From positions 67,762 to 131,761 of the forward strand of contig CAWKHF010000011.1 of NCBI GenBank assembly GCA_963849325.1: 64,000 nt of DNA. The letters run 5' to 3'. The notes below the pieces were generated by a model. That model was not told the origin of the DNA, made no database searches, and was given only the letters and a program-made list of their open reading frames with translations. Within the stretch, counting starts at the first letter, position 1. Each line of letters opens with the position of its first letter. The DNA is from an uncultured Planctomycetota bacterium. Lineage in GTDB: Bacteria > Planctomycetota > Planctomycetia > Gemmatales > Gemmataceae. A program made the position numbers and the translations under genes. Shown piece after piece: positions 29,204 through 38,894 of this stretch.

Positions 29204-30301
29204 TCAGGGCCAGTTGACGACATCGTTGGCGTCGCGGGTGATGAGGGCCTTGAGCGTGGCTTCCGGCGTGTTCGCCGGCAGACTACGAACCGAACCATCG
29301 GCCAAAAGGACGTTGAAGCCGCTGCGAAAATGCGTGCTCAACCGAGGCGCGATGGGTTTGTTCGGGTCAAAGGCAATGTCGTCGGGCTTGGTCCACGGCA
29401 CCGCCTGGGCCGCCTCGACGATCAGGATGGTGTTCGATATGCCATCCTTGAACTCCCCCAGAGGCAGACCGCTTGTCTTCTCGAAGGCGGCGCCGTTGCC
29501 GACGAATACCTGATAGTGCGTGTGATCGGGCGGCGTCTGGTCGTCGTTGGGGAGCTGATAAACCTTTGGCATTCGCGTCAGCAGCTTGATGTTATTGGGA
29601 CCGTCCCACGGCTCATCGAGCTTGAACTGGTTGTAGAGGATCTGCTCCTCAACAAAAGGCAGGAGGGCAACGCGCCAACTCAGCCGAGGTTTCCTCGCCT
29701 TGGGAGGTTGCAGCGGATCGCCAATGGCCGACGGCGGGAAAGTGTTATAAGTGGCGTTGTAATTGTGCATCGCCAGCCCCATCTGCTTGAGGTTGTTCGC
29801 CGATTGCACGCGGACGACGGCCTCGCGTGCCTTCTGTACGGCTGGCACCAGTAGCAGCGTCGGTATCAAGCCGATGCAGGACAGGAGTGTGCCGGCGCAG
29901 GCGGTGCTAATCCCGGCGATGGCCAACCCCCGTCCGCCGAGGCGCTCGCGGCTGCGGCCGATGTCGCGCAGAGCGAGCAAACCGAGGATGAGGGCCGGGA
30001 TTCCGGTCAGGATGTTGCAAAACAAGGAGCAGATGCCGAGGACGAGACTGGCCGTGGCCTTGCCGCTGGTGCCCGTTGGCGCGTCAGCGGTCGGTTCCTC
30101 CTCGAAATCGGGGGCCAGGGCGGGACGTGCCGGCCGACCGGCCGCCGCGGGCTGGATGTCCTCCTCGACCGCCTGGATGGCATCCGCGCCCACGGCTGGG
30201 ACGGTCTGCTGTCGGCCGCAGACGGGGCAAGCGACCCGCTTGCCCGCGTTCTCCTCGCGCACTTGCAGTTGCTTGCCGCACTCACAGACGAAGCGAATCA
30301 T
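29204..30301 (-). CDS. DUF1559 (H-X9-DG-type) protein with N-terminal Zn-ribbon and DUF4190-like TM region instead of a prepilin leader
   Basis: CECGKQ..CPVCG (4-Cys ribbon), then TM segments ([28 protein letters not shown]). DUF1559 core follows: [52 protein letters not shown] and [15 protein letters not shown]. Confidence 0.75.
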   Translation of the reverse strand: MIRFVCECGKQLQVREENAGKRVACPVCGRQQTVPAVGADAIQAVEEDIQPAAAGRPARPALAPDFEEEPTADAPTGTSGKATASLVLGICSLFCNILTGIPALILGLLALRDIGRSRERLGGRGLAIAGISTACAGTLLSCIGLIPTLLLVPAVQKAREAVVRVQSANNLKQMGLAMHNYNATYNTFPPSAIGDPLQPPKARKPRLSWRVALLPFVEEQILYNQFKLDEPWDGPNNIKLLTRMPKVYQLPNDDQTPPDHTHYQVFVGNGAAFEKTSGLPLGEFKDGISNTILIVEAAQAVPWTKPDDIAFDPNKPIAPRLSTHFRSGFNVLLADGSVRSLPANTPEATLKALITRDANDVVNWP

Positions 30302-30543
30302 GGTGGGCCTCGCAGGAACGGGTCGCCGTCGTCGCTCGAATCATGGACCAGTGTAACGGCTGAGAGGGCCCTGTCCAGGGGCCAGGCGGTTGACCGTCCC
30401 CCGGAATACATGCTATAACAGTTGTCCGCGATTTCCTCCGCGCTCCCGGCGCGGCGGAGAGGAATGAAATCTTCGTAACAATCGACTTCGATTCCGGGTA
30501 TTGGTGAACGCTTTCGCGGTTCCGTCGTCTAAGAAGTGGCGCC

Positions 30544-31917
30544 ATGTACGAGCCGGGTCCGCCCCGAAAGGAGACCATGAGTGTCCCGCAGCCCATGGAT
30601 CGAAGGACGTTTCTGGCCAACCTGCGCCAGAGTCAGCTGTTGACGAAGGCCCAGCTCGCCGAGGCGCTGCGCGATCTGCCCGCGACCAACCGCGGCCGGG
30701 CCGTCGCTCGCGCCCTGGTCGAGAAGGAGCTGCTGACGCGCTTCCAGGCCGAGCGTCTGCTGGCCGGTCGCAATACCGGCTTTCTGCTGGGACAATATCG
30801 CATCCTCGACCAACTCGGCCGCGGCGGCATGGGCCGCGTCTTCAAGGCCGAGCACGTCACCATGAAACGCCTGGTCGCCCTCAAGGTGCTGGCCCCCGGC
30901 CTGCTCCAGTCCGAGCGCGCCCGCGAGTTGTTCTTGCGCGAGGTCCGCGCCATCGCTCAGCTCGTCCATCCCAACATCGTCACCGCCTTCGACGCCAGCC
31001 ACGATGCCGGCTGCTATTACCTCGTCTTGGAATACGTGGACGGTCCCAACCTCGACCAGCTGGTGCGCAAGCAGGGGCCTCTGCCGATCGGCCTCGCCTG
31101 CGACTACGTCAAGCAGGTGGCCAACGGTCTGCAAGCCGCTCATGCCGTGGGCATGGTCCACCGTGACATCAAGCCGGCCAACGTCCTCGTGCAGCGCCGC
31201 GGTCTGCAAGAGCACTCGCCCGGCCTAATCAAGATCAGCGACTTCGGCCTGGCCCGGCTGCACTCTCCCGATGTCAGCGCCGACGCGCCCCGCCACGCGG
31301 GCACCATCCTGACCAAGGAAAACACGGTCATGGGCACGCCCGATTATCTGTCGCCCGAGCAGGCCCGCGACCTGCATCGAACCGATATCCGCAGCGATCT
31401 CTACAGCCTGGGCTGCACCTTCTACTTTCTGCTGTCCGGCCGGGTGCCTTTCGCCGGCGGCACCGCCCTGGAGAAGTTGATCCGCCACAACACCGAGTCA
31501 CCAATCCCTATCGGCGACCTGCGCCCCGACGTGCCGGCGCCGGTGGCCGAGATCGTCCGGCGTCTGCTGTCCAAGAAGCCCGACGACCGCTACCAGGCAC
31601 CCCTGGACCTGGCCGCCGTGCTGGAGCCGTATGCCGTGAGTGGACCGACGCCGTGGGCGTCGTTGCCACCGCCGTCCCATCCTTTCCTCGACGCCGCCGC
31701 CACACCGGTGGGCGATGCCGCCGACGCACCGGGCAGCGTCCTGGAGGAGAGTTCGTCCGATCCTTTCTCCGCCCTGTCGAACACGGAGTCGCCGGACCTG
31801 TCGGCCACCGTGGAAGATGAGTCGGAGGAAAGCCCGCTTCTTCGCCGCCGGCGCCTTCTCCGCGCACGGCGGACCGGGCGGTCCTCGTATGGTTTGTCAT
31901 CGTTGCCGCTGCCCTGA
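30544..31917 (+). CDS. Ser/Thr protein kinase (canonical catalytic motifs)
   Basis: LGRGGMGRVFKA, VALKVL, HRDIKPANVLV, DFGLAR, GTPDYLSPEQ. The N-terminal about 75-aa domain contains LTRFQAERLLAGRNTGFLLG. Confidence 0.85.
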   Translation: MYEPGPPRKETMSVPQPMDRRTFLANLRQSQLLTKAQLAEALRDLPATNRGRAVARALVEKELLTRFQAERLLAGRNTGFLLGQYRILDQLGRGGMGRVFKAEHVTMKRLVALKVLAPGLLQSERARELFLREVRAIAQLVHPNIVTAFDASHDAGCYYLVLEYVDGPNLDQLVRKQGPLPIGLACDYVKQVANGLQAAHAVGMVHRDIKPANVLVQRRGLQEHSPGLIKISDFGLARLHSPDVSADAPRHAGTILTKENTVMGTPDYLSPEQARDLHRTDIRSDLYSLGCTFYFLLSGRVPFAGGTALEKLIRHNTESPIPIGDLRPDVPAPVAEIVRRLLSKKPDDRYQAPLDLAAVLEPYAVSGPTPWASLPPPSHPFLDAAATPVGDAADAPGSVLEESSSDPFSALSNTESPDLSATVEDESEESPLLRRRRLLRARRTGRSSYGLSSLPLP

Positions 31918-31957
31918 TCGGCGGCCTTGCCTTGCTGATGTCACTGATGAGTTGATC

Positions 31958-32016
31958 GTAGGTGCCGCGAGCCGAGCGGCACGGCGGAACCGTCCGGCTC
32001 GGCTCGCCGGACCTAC
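31958..32016. repeat. REP-like palindrome, GTAGGTGCCGCGAGCCGAGC family (copy 1)
   Basis: GTAGGTGCCGCGAGCCGAGC-19 nt-GCTCGGCTCGCCGGACCTAC. It lies between the convergent kinase and recQ genes and overlaps the recQ stop. The twin is at 50017..50075. Confidence 0.7.
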
Positions 32017-33906
32017 CGAGAGACGTCCTGATCCAGGCCGCGCACGCGGCATTGCTCCTCGATGAGCGCCAGGAACAGCATCCCGAAGTTGCGCAGACGT
32101 TTATCGCCGACGCCGGGGACCAGGCGCAGGCGCTCCGGTGTCGAGGGGCGCACGCGAGCCAGCTCGCGCAGGGTGCTGTCGGTGAAGACGATGAACGGCG
32201 ACACTTGCCGGTCGGCGGCCAACTGTACGGCGCAGGCGCCGCAGCGCCTCGAACAATTCGCGGTCCACGCCCTCCCACGACGTCGTTTCGACCTTCGATT
32301 TCTCCGGCCGTTCGCCTTTTTTGCGGCGTGCCATCCGCACCAGTCGGATCTGCCGCTGGCCGCGCATCACTTCCCACGAGGCATCGTTGAGTTTCAGCAC
32401 CGGATATTCGTCGCCGACCTGCAACAGCACGCCCTGGCCGATCATCTGATAGATCCAGTCGCGCACGTCCGGCTTGCTGTGGCCCTTGAGGAGACCGAAA
32501 GTCGTCAGCTGATCGTGGCCGCGCTTGCGGACGTTCTCGGTGTTTTCGCCGCGTAGCACGGCGGTAACGTGGCCGATACCGAAGCCCTGTTTGACGCGAG
32601 CCACGCACGACAGGATCTTTTGCGCCGCCACCAGCGCGTCGGGCACTTCCTCGGTGTCGCCCAGGCACAGGTCGCAGGCATTGCAGTACTCCGCCTCGTA
32701 GGGCTGGCCGAAATACTGTACCAGGGCGCGATGACGGCAGAGGGCGCCGCGACAGTAGCGGTCCATGTCGTCGAGATGCTTGAACACGCCCGGCAAGTGC
32801 GTCTCGTTGCCGGCTTCGCGGGCGGATTTCTCCAGCATCGAGCGGAAGGTGTAGGTATCGCCGCCGGAGTAGAGCAGCACGCACTCGGCCTCCAGACCGT
32901 CGCGTCCAGCGCGGCCGGTCTCCTGCTGATAGTGCTCCAGCGATTTCGGCATGGCCGTGTGCAGCACGAAACGGACGTTGGAGCGATCGATCCCCATGCC
33001 GAAGGCCACCGTGGCGACGATCACATCGACTTGCTCGGACGAGAACGCTTCCTGCGCCGCCTGCCGCTCCTCGCTGCTCATGCCGGCGTGATACGGCTTG
33101 GCCTTGACGCCCTTCTTTTGCAGAGCGGCGGCCAACTCATCCACGTCGCGGCGGCGCAGGCAGTAAACGATGCCGGCCTCGCCCTCGTGCCGCTCGAGCA
33201 CTTCCAGCGTCTGCTTCAGCGTCTCATGGCGCGGCAACACCCGATAGGTGAGGTTCGGCCGATCGAAGTTGCCGACCAGCAGCACCGGGTCTTTCAGGGC
33301 GAGTTGGACGATGATGTCCTGACGCACCTGCTCGGTCGCCGTGGCCGTGTAGCCGTGGACGGCGGCCTTGGGGAAGAACTCGCGCAGGCGGCTGAGCTGG
33401 CGATACTCGGGGCGGAAATCGTGGCCCCAGTGGCTGATGCAGTGGGCCTCGTCGATGGCGAAGGCGTGGACGTCGATCTTTTGCAGGACGCGATACAAAT
33501 CGCTTTGCACCAGCCGTTCCGGCGACATGAACAGCAAGCGTACCTCGCCCTGGCGCACGTCCATCTCGTAGGCGAAGCGCTCGCCCGCTGACAACGAGCT
33601 GTCAATCTGCGTCGCCGCGATACCGCAAGCTCGCAGACTATCGACCTGGTCCTTCATCAAGGCGATCAGCGGCGAGACGACGACGGTGGTGCCGCCGCGG
33701 AGGACGGCCGGCGCCTGGTAGCACAGCGATTTGCCGCCGCCGGTCGGCAGGACGACCAGCGAATCGCGGCCGTCGAGCACGGCCTGCATGGCCTGGTCCT
33801 GCAACGGCCGCAACGTGCGGAAACCCCAGTGACGGACGATGATCTCTTGCAGCTCCGCCAGGGACCAGGTTGAGTTTGGGGAAGACATCGGCTGGGACTC
33901 CTGCAA
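32013..33906 (-). CDS. recQ: ATP-dependent DNA helicase RecQ, one frameshift near 32220 (HRDC domain)
   Basis: [34 protein letters not shown], the Zn-binding CRH..L..YF and RQC region. The HRDC C-terminus (..[40 protein letters not shown]..) is in ORF 32013..32222. Confidence 0.9.
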
Positions 33907-33969
33907 TCCCGTACATCATGCGCGATGAAGGAGGGATTGAGAAGCCCAGTCGTCCGCATTCGGTTCCGC

Positions 33970-35505
33970 TTATTTCTTCCGAAGTCGCAGGTAGACGATG
34001 AGCACGTCCGCCTTGGGGTTTTCTTCGAGGAGTTCGGGCACCGTATTCCAGAGGCCGAAGGGTTTGGGTACTGCGCCTGGAGCAATCCTCTCCTGCCTTC
34101 GGTTGCGAATCACCCACAACATCGGCGTCTCCGTCGCGGAGCCAGCTCCACGAGAGAACGAACCACTGCTGCCCCCGTCGCTGAAGTCAAATAATTCCTT
34201 CGGCACGTCGGCGCCCCCCGCACCCGTCATAAACCACTTGTGCCATCGGTTTCCACCGATTGCCAACTGCACTTGCATCCGGCAGTGTCCCTTCCGCGCC
34301 CCCGCCAGCGGAAGGTAATCCAGGTCCGCCGCGAGTAGAGCGACCTTCGCGCGACGGAATAGGCTCTTATCCTCGGACAGTTCCGTAAAGATCCTGCCGT
34401 TGATGTCCGGCAAGGCCCAATTCGTCTTCTGTTTCTTTCCGTCCTTGTACACGTCGATGTCCACGCCAAGGGCCGTGAGCGGTCCCTCCGGTCGTAGTTC
34501 GACCTCCCTCACCTCTTTGAAGATATGGAGCAGCGACGCCACATCCCCACCATCGTCCTCGGGGTGTGTGATTTTCATCGCCAGGGTTTCTTTCGCGGCA
34601 GGCTCGGCCGCCGGTTTCGGCTCCGCCGCCGGCTTTTCCTCCGCCGCCCGCATGGGGGCGAAGAAGGAGGCACTCAGCACGCCCAGCACGCCCACCGTCG
34701 CCAGGAACGCCGTCAGGAGCTTCACTTTCGTCAGAAGCATCATTTGCAGTACCTCTTTCATGAGGAAGGCCGCCGGGGTCGTGACGGTTTGTCCCGCCGC
34801 GACCCGCAGGGCGTCGCCGGCCGTCGAAACAAGCAAAGAAGGCGATACCCAGGCGGATGCCGTCTCGCTCGACAGCGCCCCCGACAGCATCGCCGCCGAA
34901 ATCGCCAGATGGTGCCGAGCCAGTCGCTTCGCCAGCATTTGCCGAGCCGTCGCCAACCGGCTGGACAGAGTACCCTCGGGCAGACCGAGCTGCCGCGCGA
35001 CCTCCTGGCGCGATCGTCCTTCCAGATGGCACAGGACGATGGGCGTTCGATAGCGTTCCGGCAAGCGGCTCAGTTCGCGCTCCAGCAAGGGGCGCCAATC
35101 CTGCGGCTCGGCGGGCGGCACTTCGGCGGCTGTCGCCGCCTCCAAGGGCGCCTCCCGAGTGCGGCGCCGGGCGATGCTCTTGCGAGCTTGCAGGGCGGTA
35201 CGATACGCCACGCCATACAGCCAGTTCCCTATCGCCTCGCCGTTGCGCAGAGTAGGGGGCTTGTGCGCCAGCACGAGAAAGACGGCCTGGAAGGCGTCCT
35301 CCGCATCCTGGACGTGGCCCAGCACTCGCCGGCATACGGCGAACACCATGCCGCCATGACGGCGCACCAGGGCCGCAAACGAGGCTTCATCCCGGCGAGC
35401 GACGAAGCAGGCCAGGAGCTGTCCATCCGTGGCAGCCCCCTCGGCGCCGGGCGGAAGCGCTCGGTGAAGGTGCGCGAGGACTTCTTTCAGTCGGCCGCGG
35501 AGCAT
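33970..35505 (-). CDS. ECF sigma factor fused to a TM helix and about 250-aa C-terminal extracytoplasmic domain
   Basis: Region 2 is DAEDAFQAVFLVLA and region 4 is GRSRQEVARQLGLPEGTLSSRLATARQMLAKRL. A TM follows (LLTKVKLLTAFLATVGVLGVLSASFF), then a PAAEPK linker and a globular C-terminal domain of unknown family. Confidence 0.75.
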   Translation of the reverse strand: MLRGRLKEVLAHLHRALPPGAEGAATDGQLLACFVARRDEASFAALVRRHGGMVFAVCRRVLGHVQDAEDAFQAVFLVLAHKPPTLRNGEAIGNWLYGVAYRTALQARKSIARRRTREAPLEAATAAEVPPAEPQDWRPLLERELSRLPERYRTPIVLCHLEGRSRQEVARQLGLPEGTLSSRLATARQMLAKRLARHHLAISAAMLSGALSSETASAWVSPSLLVSTAGDALRVAAGQTVTTPAAFLMKEVLQMMLLTKVKLLTAFLATVGVLGVLSASFFAPMRAAEEKPAAEPKPAAEPAAKETLAMKITHPEDDGGDVASLLHIFKEVREVELRPEGPLTALGVDIDVYKDGKKQKTNWALPDINGRIFTELSEDKSLFRRAKVALLAADLDYLPLAGARKGHCRMQVQLAIGGNRWHKWFMTGAGGADVPKELFDFSDGGSSGSFSRGAGSATETPMLWVIRNRRQERIAPGAVPKPFGLWNTVPELLEENPKADVLIVYLRLRKK

Positions 35506-35595
35506 ACGACGTTCCTCTACTACTTACTGGGTCGCCAGCGTTCCGCGCGTCGATCTTTTTTCGGAATTCCGTAGCGAAAAGAAGCGTCCGCGTCA

Positions 35596-35646
35596 GAGCC
35601 CGCAGCGTCAGCGAGGAGCCATTTCCCTCGCTGACGCTGCGGGCTC
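35596..35646. terminator. 21-bp-stem hairpin ending the Hsp70/TPR gene string
   Basis: GAGCCCGCAGCGTCAGCGAGG-9 nt-CCTCGCTGACGCTGCGGGCTC, 22 nt downstream of the stop at 35668. Confidence 0.5.
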
Positions 35647-35667
35647 CGAGAAAGGAAGAGCCCGCGA

Positions 35668-36207
35668 TTACTTTTTGTCGTTGGCAGGTTTGCCCGCTTG
35701 TTCTGGCTTCTTGTCCTTGTCCGGTTTCTCGAATTTCGTGTCCGTCGCCCCGGAGTCAGACGGCGGCAGAGAACTGCGTACTCCAATGACGTAGCCGACC
35801 ATGAGGGCGCCGAAGATGAGCAGGAACCACAGCAGACTGTTGAGCAAACCCGTCGTCGCGTCGCCGTCCGGGTTCCAGTTGGCCATCCAGCGGCGAAAGC
35901 GCGTCTGCTTGCGCAGCTTCTGGAGCCAGCGACGGCCCGGCGCGGTCTGATCGAACTGGCGCACGGCCGTGGCCACCTTGCCGACCTGCCGCCGTGCCGT
36001 GGCGTTGTCCGGATCGACTTCCAGCACGGCCAGGTATGCCCACACGGCCTCGCCCAGTTCGCCGGCGCGGGTCAATGCCTCCGCCTGAGACAGCCCCTCG
36101 CGAAGGTCATCGACGTAGTGGACCAGCAGCGACACATCCGTGCGGCAGTTGAGGCACTCCTTCTCCAGCCCGCGCAGCTTTTTCTTGCACATCGGGCACG
36201 TCAGCAT
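35668..36207 (-). CDS. Zn-ribbon / TPR-like / single-TM protein
   Basis: MLTCPMCKKKLRGLEKECLNCRTDV (4 Cys), then a TPR-like helix pair (AEALTRAGELGEAVWAYLAVLEVDPDNATARRQ). A TM follows (LLNSLLWFLLIFGALMVGYVI), then a Lys-rich tail. Start 36207 is preferred because 36229-36285 is a REP copy. Confidence 0.5.
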   Translation of the reverse strand: MLTCPMCKKKLRGLEKECLNCRTDVSLLVHYVDDLREGLSQAEALTRAGELGEAVWAYLAVLEVDPDNATARRQVGKVATAVRQFDQTAPGRRWLQKLRKQTRFRRWMANWNPDGDATTGLLNSLLWFLLIFGALMVGYVIGVRSSLPPSDSGATDTKFEKPDKDKKPEQAGKPANDKK

Positions 36208-36228
36208 GGGTGGCGTCCTTGAGTGTCC

Positions 36229-36285
36229 ATCCGAGCCGCGACCGTTAGGGAGCGGAGACACCGCTCGCTAACGCTCGCGGCTCGG
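36229..36285. repeat. REP-like palindrome, ATCCGAGCCGCGACCGTTNGGGAGCG family (intergenic copy)
   Basis: ATCCGAGCCGCGACCGTTAGGGAGCGGAGACACCGCTCGCTAACGCTCGCGGCTCGG. A near-identical copy at 41909..41966 lies inside a CDS. Confidence 0.7.
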
Positions 36286-36297
36286 CTCGCCAGCAGG

Positions 36298-38036
36298 TCA
36301 CAGCAAATAGGCGTAATTGAGCAAGCGATCGTTGAGCGTGGCGCTGGCGTCTTCCATCTTCTTGCGATCGCCCGAACCCATCGCCTGGCGCACGATCCGG
36401 CACAGTTCCTCCAACTCCTTGCGATCTTCCGGGTTGTCGATGCGCGGGATGACGTCCTGCTCCGTCTTCTTGAGCACCTCAATGGCGTCCTTGTACTCCT
36501 GCGTGCTCTCCAACTCCAGCGTGCGATTGACCAGCTCTTCGTTGATGCGCTTCAGCTTGATGAGCTGCGAAGCGTCCATCTGATCCTCGCCGGCCTGCTG
36601 GATGGCGAAGCGCTTTTTCTGGCCGGCGTAGGGATCGTGGATTTGCACGGTCAGAATGCCGTCGTCGCCGTACTCGAACGACACGTCGAGTCCGCCGTCG
36701 CGTTGCGGCCGCGGCGGCTTGAACTCCCAGGGGATTTCCGCCAGCTTGACGTTCTCCGGCGAATCCGGGTTGTCGTACAGGTCGCCTTCGTAGACGCTGA
36801 TGAGCACGCGGTCGGCGGGGTCGGCCACCGGATAATACATCTTGCTGAACGAACACGGAATGTCCGAGCCGCGCTTGATGATCGGATCGAGAAAGACGCG
36901 ATTGGTGCGCTGATCGACCGGGTTGGCGCACAGCGAATGCTCCAGCTTGACGCTGTAGGCGTAATTGTCCAGGCCGGGCGCCCCTGCAGGATGGCCGACA
37001 CGATGGCGGCGCCCTGGGCGACGCACGTCATCGGATCGACGCGATCGAACCCCTCCGGCTCCTTGCCGGCCAGTTTTTCCGCGACGTAACGACGGACCAG
37101 GGGAATCTTGCTGGTGCCGCCGACGAGCAGCACGCGATCGATGTCGCGCGGCCGCAGCTTGGCCAGCTTCATCGCCTCGTCGATGGCCGTGCCCGACTTG
37201 ATGACCAGCGGCATGATGAGACGCTCGAACTCGCCTCGGCTAAGTTCCTCTTCCAGGCTCAGGTGTCGCTCCGGCACCAGCTCGGCCTTGCGAGCGACGG
37301 CCATCTGCTCCGCGGACAGGTCGATCTTGGCCCGCTCGACGGCGAGCATGAACTGTTGCCTGTATGGCGAATTGAGGATGTCGAAGCCGGTCTTGTCGTG
37401 GAAGCGCTCGGCCAGCACCTTGGCGAGAATGGCGTCGAGGTCGTCGCCGCCGAGCTTGCCGATACCCTTGCTGGCGACTTCCTCGAAGATGCCGTGATGG
37501 ATCTTGAGGACCGTCACGTCGAGCGTGCCGCCGCCGAAGTCGTAGACCAGCACGGTTTGATCGTCCTGGGCATTGAGTCCATAGCAGATGGCGGCGGCGG
37601 TCGGTTCGTTGATGAGCGTCAATACCTGAAGACCGGCGGCGCCGGCGCATAGCTTCGTGGCGTGGCGCGCCAGACCCTTGGAGTTGGCCGGAATGGTCAC
37701 GACGGCCTTGGTGAAGCTCTCGCCCAGGACCGACTCGGCGTCTTTCTTGAGCAGGCTGAAGAGCATGACGGCGATCTGCTCGGTGCGCAGGTTCTGGCCG
37801 ACCAGCGGCACGCGCTCCGGCGTGCCGAGGATGCGCTTGATGGAGCGAATCGAGCGCTGCTCGTCGAAGTTTTCCTTGGCTTCCTGACCGAAGGCGAGGG
37901 TGCCGTCGCGGCGCAGCGTGACGATGGAGGGCGTCCACTTCAGCCCCTCGTGATTGGGCACCACCTCGGCCTGACCGTACTGGAAGTTGGCCACCACCGA
38001 ATTGCTGGTCCCGAAGTCGATGCCGATGTAGGGCAT
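36298..38036 (-). CDS. Hsp70-family ATPase (non-canonical DnaK paralog), one frameshift near 36985
   Basis: IGIDFGTSNSVVA, VVTIPA, LINEPTAAAICYG, VYDFGGGTLDVTVL and VLLVGGTSKIPLV in ORF 36651..38063 (ATG 38036). The substrate-binding-like and helical C-terminus is in ORF 36298..37026. Confidence 0.85.
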
Positions 38037-38054
38037 GGAAGCTACCTCATGAAG

Positions 38055-38271
38055 AAAAACCACGAATCACACGAATAAGAAGCTGTAACTTTTTGGCGAG
38101 CGGGGGGCGTAAGCCCCCTGTTTTTCGCCGTCAACAGGGGGCTTACGCCCCCCGCTCGCCTATTTGGGTAGTGCCTCTAAGACAAATAACCGTGCCACCG
38201 GCGCCTTGCCCACTTCTTATTCTTTTTCTCTTCTTCTTTATTCGTGTGATTCGTGTGATTCGTGGTTTTTT
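38055..38271. repeat. nested inverted repeats filling the grpE-like/hsp70 spacer
   Basis: The outer arms are AAAAACCACGAATCACACGAATAAGAAG (38055-38082) and CTTCTTTATTCGTGTGATTCGTGTGATTCGTGGTTTTTT (38233-38271). The inner perfect 26-bp palindrome is GGCGAGCGGGGGGCGTAAGCCCCCTG-14 nt-CAGGGGGCTTACGCCCCCCGCTCGCC (38095-38160). Confidence 0.8.
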
Positions 38272-38278
38272 GTCTTTC

Positions 38279-38884
38279 TTATTCGGAAACGATGACCTTG
38301 GGCCGGCGCAGGACGAATTCGGGTTGCTGGCTGGCGTAGCCGCGCTCGATCTGTTCGGCGACGAGCAGCGGTCCCATGCCCTCGACGCGCTTGCTGCCGA
38401 CGCGCTCGTGGATGGCCGGGTTATACGCGGCGCTGATGACGGCGTCATACGGCTGAATACCGTGCCGCAGCAGGGCGGCGTCCACCTTGCGCGACTCGAC
38501 CTCGACCGCTTCGATCCAGCGCTTCACCGCCTCCAGGTCATCCAGCGACGGGCGGGCGGCGACGATGGCCCGCAAATCGTGAGCGGTTTCGATTAACTCG
38601 TTGAGCAGGGCCAGGCTGACGCGCTTCTCGCCGTGCGTCTCCTGCCGCAGCTGTTGGTAGGCGCGCTGCGTGTCGGCCGCGAAGCTGTTGAAGCTCGTCT
38701 TCAGCTCGTCGCGGACCTTGTTGAGCGTCTGCTCCAGAGAGCGCAGCTGGCGCTTGTCGTACTCGCGCAGGGCGATGACTTCCTCGCACAGCTTGTACAT
38801 CGTGGAGGAGCCGAGCGTATCGAGATCGCGGGAGGTCCCCGGTTCGGAGTTGCCGGGCACGCCCTGCAAAAAATCAGCGCTCAT
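38279..38884 (-). CDS. GrpE-like nucleotide exchange factor
   Basis: ATG 38884 (MSADFLQG..) within ORF 38279..39415. A coiled-coil region is followed by the GrpE C-terminal pattern ..HGIQPYDAV..YNPAIHERV...V.EQIERGY....EFVLRRPKVIVSE. Confidence 0.65.
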   Translation of the reverse strand: MSADFLQGVPGNSEPGTSRDLDTLGSSTMYKLCEEVIALREYDKRQLRSLEQTLNKVRDELKTSFNSFAADTQRAYQQLRQETHGEKRVSLALLNELIETAHDLRAIVAARPSLDDLEAVKRWIEAVEVESRKVDAALLRHGIQPYDAVISAAYNPAIHERVGSKRVEGMGPLLVAEQIERGYASQQPEFVLRRPKVIVSE

Positions 38885-38894
38885 TTCGGTAGTC

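Noticed and set aside
38165-38185. Third copy of the 95-nt element
   Set aside because: Only about 13 nt (GTGCCTCTAAG context) match, which is too short to distinguish a relic from chance.
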